Shown here piece after piece: positions 60,900 through 63,842 of a DNA stretch of 63,842 bases. The notes under the pieces are model-generated. The model was not told the DNA's origin, ran no database searches, and saw nothing but the letters and a program-made list of their open reading frames with translations. The DNA comes from Octopus bimaculoides (lineage: Eukaryota), in assembly GCF_001194135.2 (NCBI RefSeq), contig NC_068988.1, positions 53,660,851 through 53,724,692 on the forward strand, written 5' to 3'. The first letter of the stretch is position 1, and every line of letters starts with the position of its first letter. The position numbers and the translations under genes are program-made.

Positions 60900-61292
60900 C
60901 TGGAAATAAATAAAGAAATAAAAATAAGTAAGGAAAAAATATAACCAAAATTAATTTCTTTGGAGTCAGCACAAGACTATTAGTTAGGAGCTATGTAATA
61001 GCTATATCCATTTTCCCATTTTTCACAATAAGTGTGATAGTTCACTTATTCAAACAATTATTTACATAACTATATTTCTATGAAGCACATTAAAAAAAAT
61101 TCCTGATGAAGCTCTAGCAAGCCACATATAACATACCAGGCAATATTCTAGCCATTAATTTATAAAAACATTATTATTATTATTATGATCATAATGATGA
61201 TGATGATTATATCTGACATACTCAGCTTATTGCTTGAGGTATCATTAATGTATTAATTATTCACTTTCTGATTATTATCATTATTATTTATC

Positions 61293-61335
<43 letters not shown>

Positions 61336-61359
61336 TTTTTTTTGCATATAATGCAAAGA

Positions 61360-61572
61360 TGGCAATCTGGTAGAATTGTTAACACCTTGGACAAAATGCT
61401 TAGCAACACTTTTTTCTGGTTTCACATTCTGATTTCAAATTCTGGAAATTGTTGATTTTGCCATTTCATCTTTTCAGGGTTGATGAAACAAGTACCAGTG
61501 GAATATTGAGGCTGATGTAATCAACTAGCTTCCTCCTACAAAATTTCAGGCCTTGTGCTTATGATAGAAAGG

Positions 61573-61607
<35 letters not shown>

Positions 61608-61815
61608 AAAGGCAGGGAGTTGGTAGAATTGTTAGCATGCCAGGCAAAATGCTTAGAAGTATTTCATCTGCCGCTATGTTCTGAGTTCAAATTCCGTCGA
61701 GGTCAACTTTGCCTTTCATCCTTCTGGGGTCAATAAATTAAGTACCAGTGAAACACTGGGTCAATATAATCAACTAGTTCCCTCCCCTCGGATTTCAGAC
61801 CTTCTGCCTTTAGTA
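61360..61815 (+). mobile_element. Two tandem SINE family C copies
   Basis: Units preceded and separated by (ATT)n. Confidence 0.8.
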
Positions 61816-61821
61816 GAAAGG

Positions 61822-62197
61822 ATTTGACTCTTGTGCAGGTGACACGTAAAATACACCATTTCGAGCGTGGCCGTTGCCAATAAGACGTTCGAGCGAGATC
61901 ATTGCCAGTACCGCTGGACTGGCTCCTGTGCAGGTGGCAGCACATAAAGTACACCATTTTGAGCGTGGCTGTTGCCAGTACCACCTGACTGGCCCTCGTG
62001 CTGGTGGCACGTAAAAGCACCCACTACACTCTCGGAGTGGTTGGCGTTAGGAAGGGCATCCAGCTGTAGAAACTCTGCCAAACCAGATTGGAGCCTGGTG
62101 TAGCCATCTGGTTCACCAGTCCTCACTCAAAGCGTCCAACCCATGCTAGCATGGAAAGCGGACGTTAAACGATGATGATGATGATGATGATGATGAT
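61822..62197 (+). mobile_element. SINE family B with about 3 internal subrepeats
   Basis: Subrepeats, core and (GAT)n tail; CpG-rich. Confidence 0.85.
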
Positions 62198-62362
62198 GGG
62201 GGTAGTGGATCCAATTATATCCTTTTGTGTCTTTGAGTTCAAATCTTACCAGGGTTGATTTTGCTCTTTATCCTCATGAGGTTGATAAAATAATGTACCA
62301 GTCAAATACTGGATAGATCTTTGAAATTTGTTACTTTGTGTTTATGTTATAAATCAATTTAA

Positions 62363-62579
62363 CCCTTTAGTCTTCAGATTACTCTGTCAAATGTAATGCT
62401 TATTAATTCACATTGTTTTGAATTTATCTTGCATTATCTTGTAGCCTTGAGATATCAATGATGTGATTATGTTTGAAATAACAGTTTAGAGTAGGAATTG
62501 AGAATCTAAATCTGGCCAGTTGGAACATAAAGCAAGGAGAATATTTTGGTTGGATATGGCCAGTTTAAATGTTAAATGG
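62363..62579 (-). mobile_element. piggyBac-like MITE
   Basis: TTAA-flanked; reverse complement of 36903-37119. Confidence 0.8.
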
Positions 62580-63482
62580 TTAAAAATACATTCCTTCTTA
62601 ACCATGAAGAAATAGCAGAACTTTTTGTTTTGGTTTTTTCACAAGTTAGGTAAAGTGAGGCAACCAATATTACATGCTTAACTCTGGGGTATTACACACT
62701 GACGAAAGTAAAATCTTAACTTATTAGCAAGTGTTCAGTTGTCTCGTACAGTAATTGGGTTTGTTACTGGTGATTATTTTAATAATATTAGTAAGATGAA
62801 ATGCAGAGAAGAAAGCTAGTGAAATTTCAATTCAAAACATGAGGACTGGTGAAACCGGATGGCAACACCAGGCTCCAATCTAATTTGGCAGAGTTTCTAC
62901 AGCTGGATGCCCTGGATTTGCACAGGACCCATACCAGCTAGAAAAACAGATGTAAAATATGATGATGACTATGATGACAATGATAGTGACAATGGTGATG
63001 ATGATGATTATAACAAGGTCTAAACTCAAAACATTTTGATGATCTGCTAGTTCTCTTATAACTGATATGGAACTTAGTTCAACATAAGGACTGGGATTTG
63101 ATGTTCAAGCTTCAATTTGATAGATGAAGCATACAATTGGTTCATTATTTCTGTATGTATTTGATACAGAATTTTATTATCATAAGTTTGGAGTCATTTA
63201 TCTTCATTGGTCATTTGAATATTCCATACCAGAATCAATCATGCAATTCTATTTGATATTCTATTCAAACTCAGAGAAAAATGGAAGGCTTCTTTAACTA
63301 AAGTTCATTTGGAATAACAAATTCCAGTGTAACTTTGTAATTGGAACATGCCAGTTATGATGCTATTACCTTTCTACCAAATCAACCATGGTAGATAGAT
63401 AATGACCATGAACTCTTTTAGTTCAGAATTATTACAGAAGACTTAATCTTTTAGTGAGGAAAATAAATTGCATGTGTATTGC

Positions 63483-63842
63483 TTATGGAGGCTATGGCTT
63501 CGGTTCCCGCAACGAGGAGGGAACCAGATTGCTGGAGTTCTGTGATGCAACCGATCTTATGGTTTGCAATACCAACTTCAGGAAACCTGCCTGTCACCTA
63601 GTCACCTACCAATCCGGCAGACACTCGCCAGAAATAGAGAAAGAGGGAGGCTTATAAATGCCAAAACCCTCCCTGGCGAAGAATGTACACCCCAACACAG
63701 ATTAGTAGTTAGCGACTTCGAGATCAAGGCAATATGGGTGCCCAGAAGTAGCCGGCTTGGAGGAGAAGGGTATGGAAACTTAAAGACCCTGCAAATGGAC
63801 AGAGACTTAGAGACAAGTTACTTGAAGCATTTGACGAAATAG
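63483..63842 (+). mobile_element. RTE-clade LINE, apurinic-endonuclease fragment (runs off the window)
   Basis: YGGYGFGSRNEEGTRLLEFC...LMVCNTNFRK...LVTYQSG then (frameshift) NAKTLPGEECTPQHRLVVSDF: C-terminal APE motifs of RTE elements. CpG-rich. Confidence 0.85.

Noticed and set aside
61103-61109. CTGATGA as a hammerhead core (also near 55015)
   Set aside because: No properly placed stem II, GAAA box and NUH with stem I pairing; the 55015 hit lies inside a MITE.

Overview
AT-rich, repeat-dense eukaryotic (animal) genomic DNA with several N gaps. The SINE and microsatellite landscape resembles an octopod cephalopod genome (inference, not verified). Three spliced protein-coding genes can be reconstructed with consistent GT-AG junctions and intron phases. 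(1) TMEM53, + strand, 2 coding exons, 284 aa, complete. (2) CFAP53/CCDC11, + strand, 7 coding exons 27213-39838, 523 aa, complete; exon 1 and exon 2 are absent from the ORF track. (3) The last three coding exons of a SERINC-family gene, - strand, including a 37-nt Cys-rich microexon. The rest is a layered transposon record: tRNA-derived SINEs (labelled here families A-E), Penelope-like, RTE and RLE-type (R4/Dong-like) retroelement fragments, a Ty3/gypsy gag relic, hAT- and piggyBac-type MITEs, a decayed 5S rRNA copy and a 29-bp minisatellite. The least explained element is an orphan promoter-like cassette at 24.9-25.6 kb (paired E-boxes, CCAAT, CArG, TATA) followed by a CpG-rich cluster of small ORFs. 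Other notable items are two hammerhead-ribozyme-like motifs in Penelope relics, a SINE with a 76-bp target duplication, and an 8-copy head-to-tail SINE array hit by a TAA-flanked retroelement. No prokaryote-type system (CRISPR, operon) is present. Homology calls come from recalled family motifs, not database searches, and TE boundaries are approximate.
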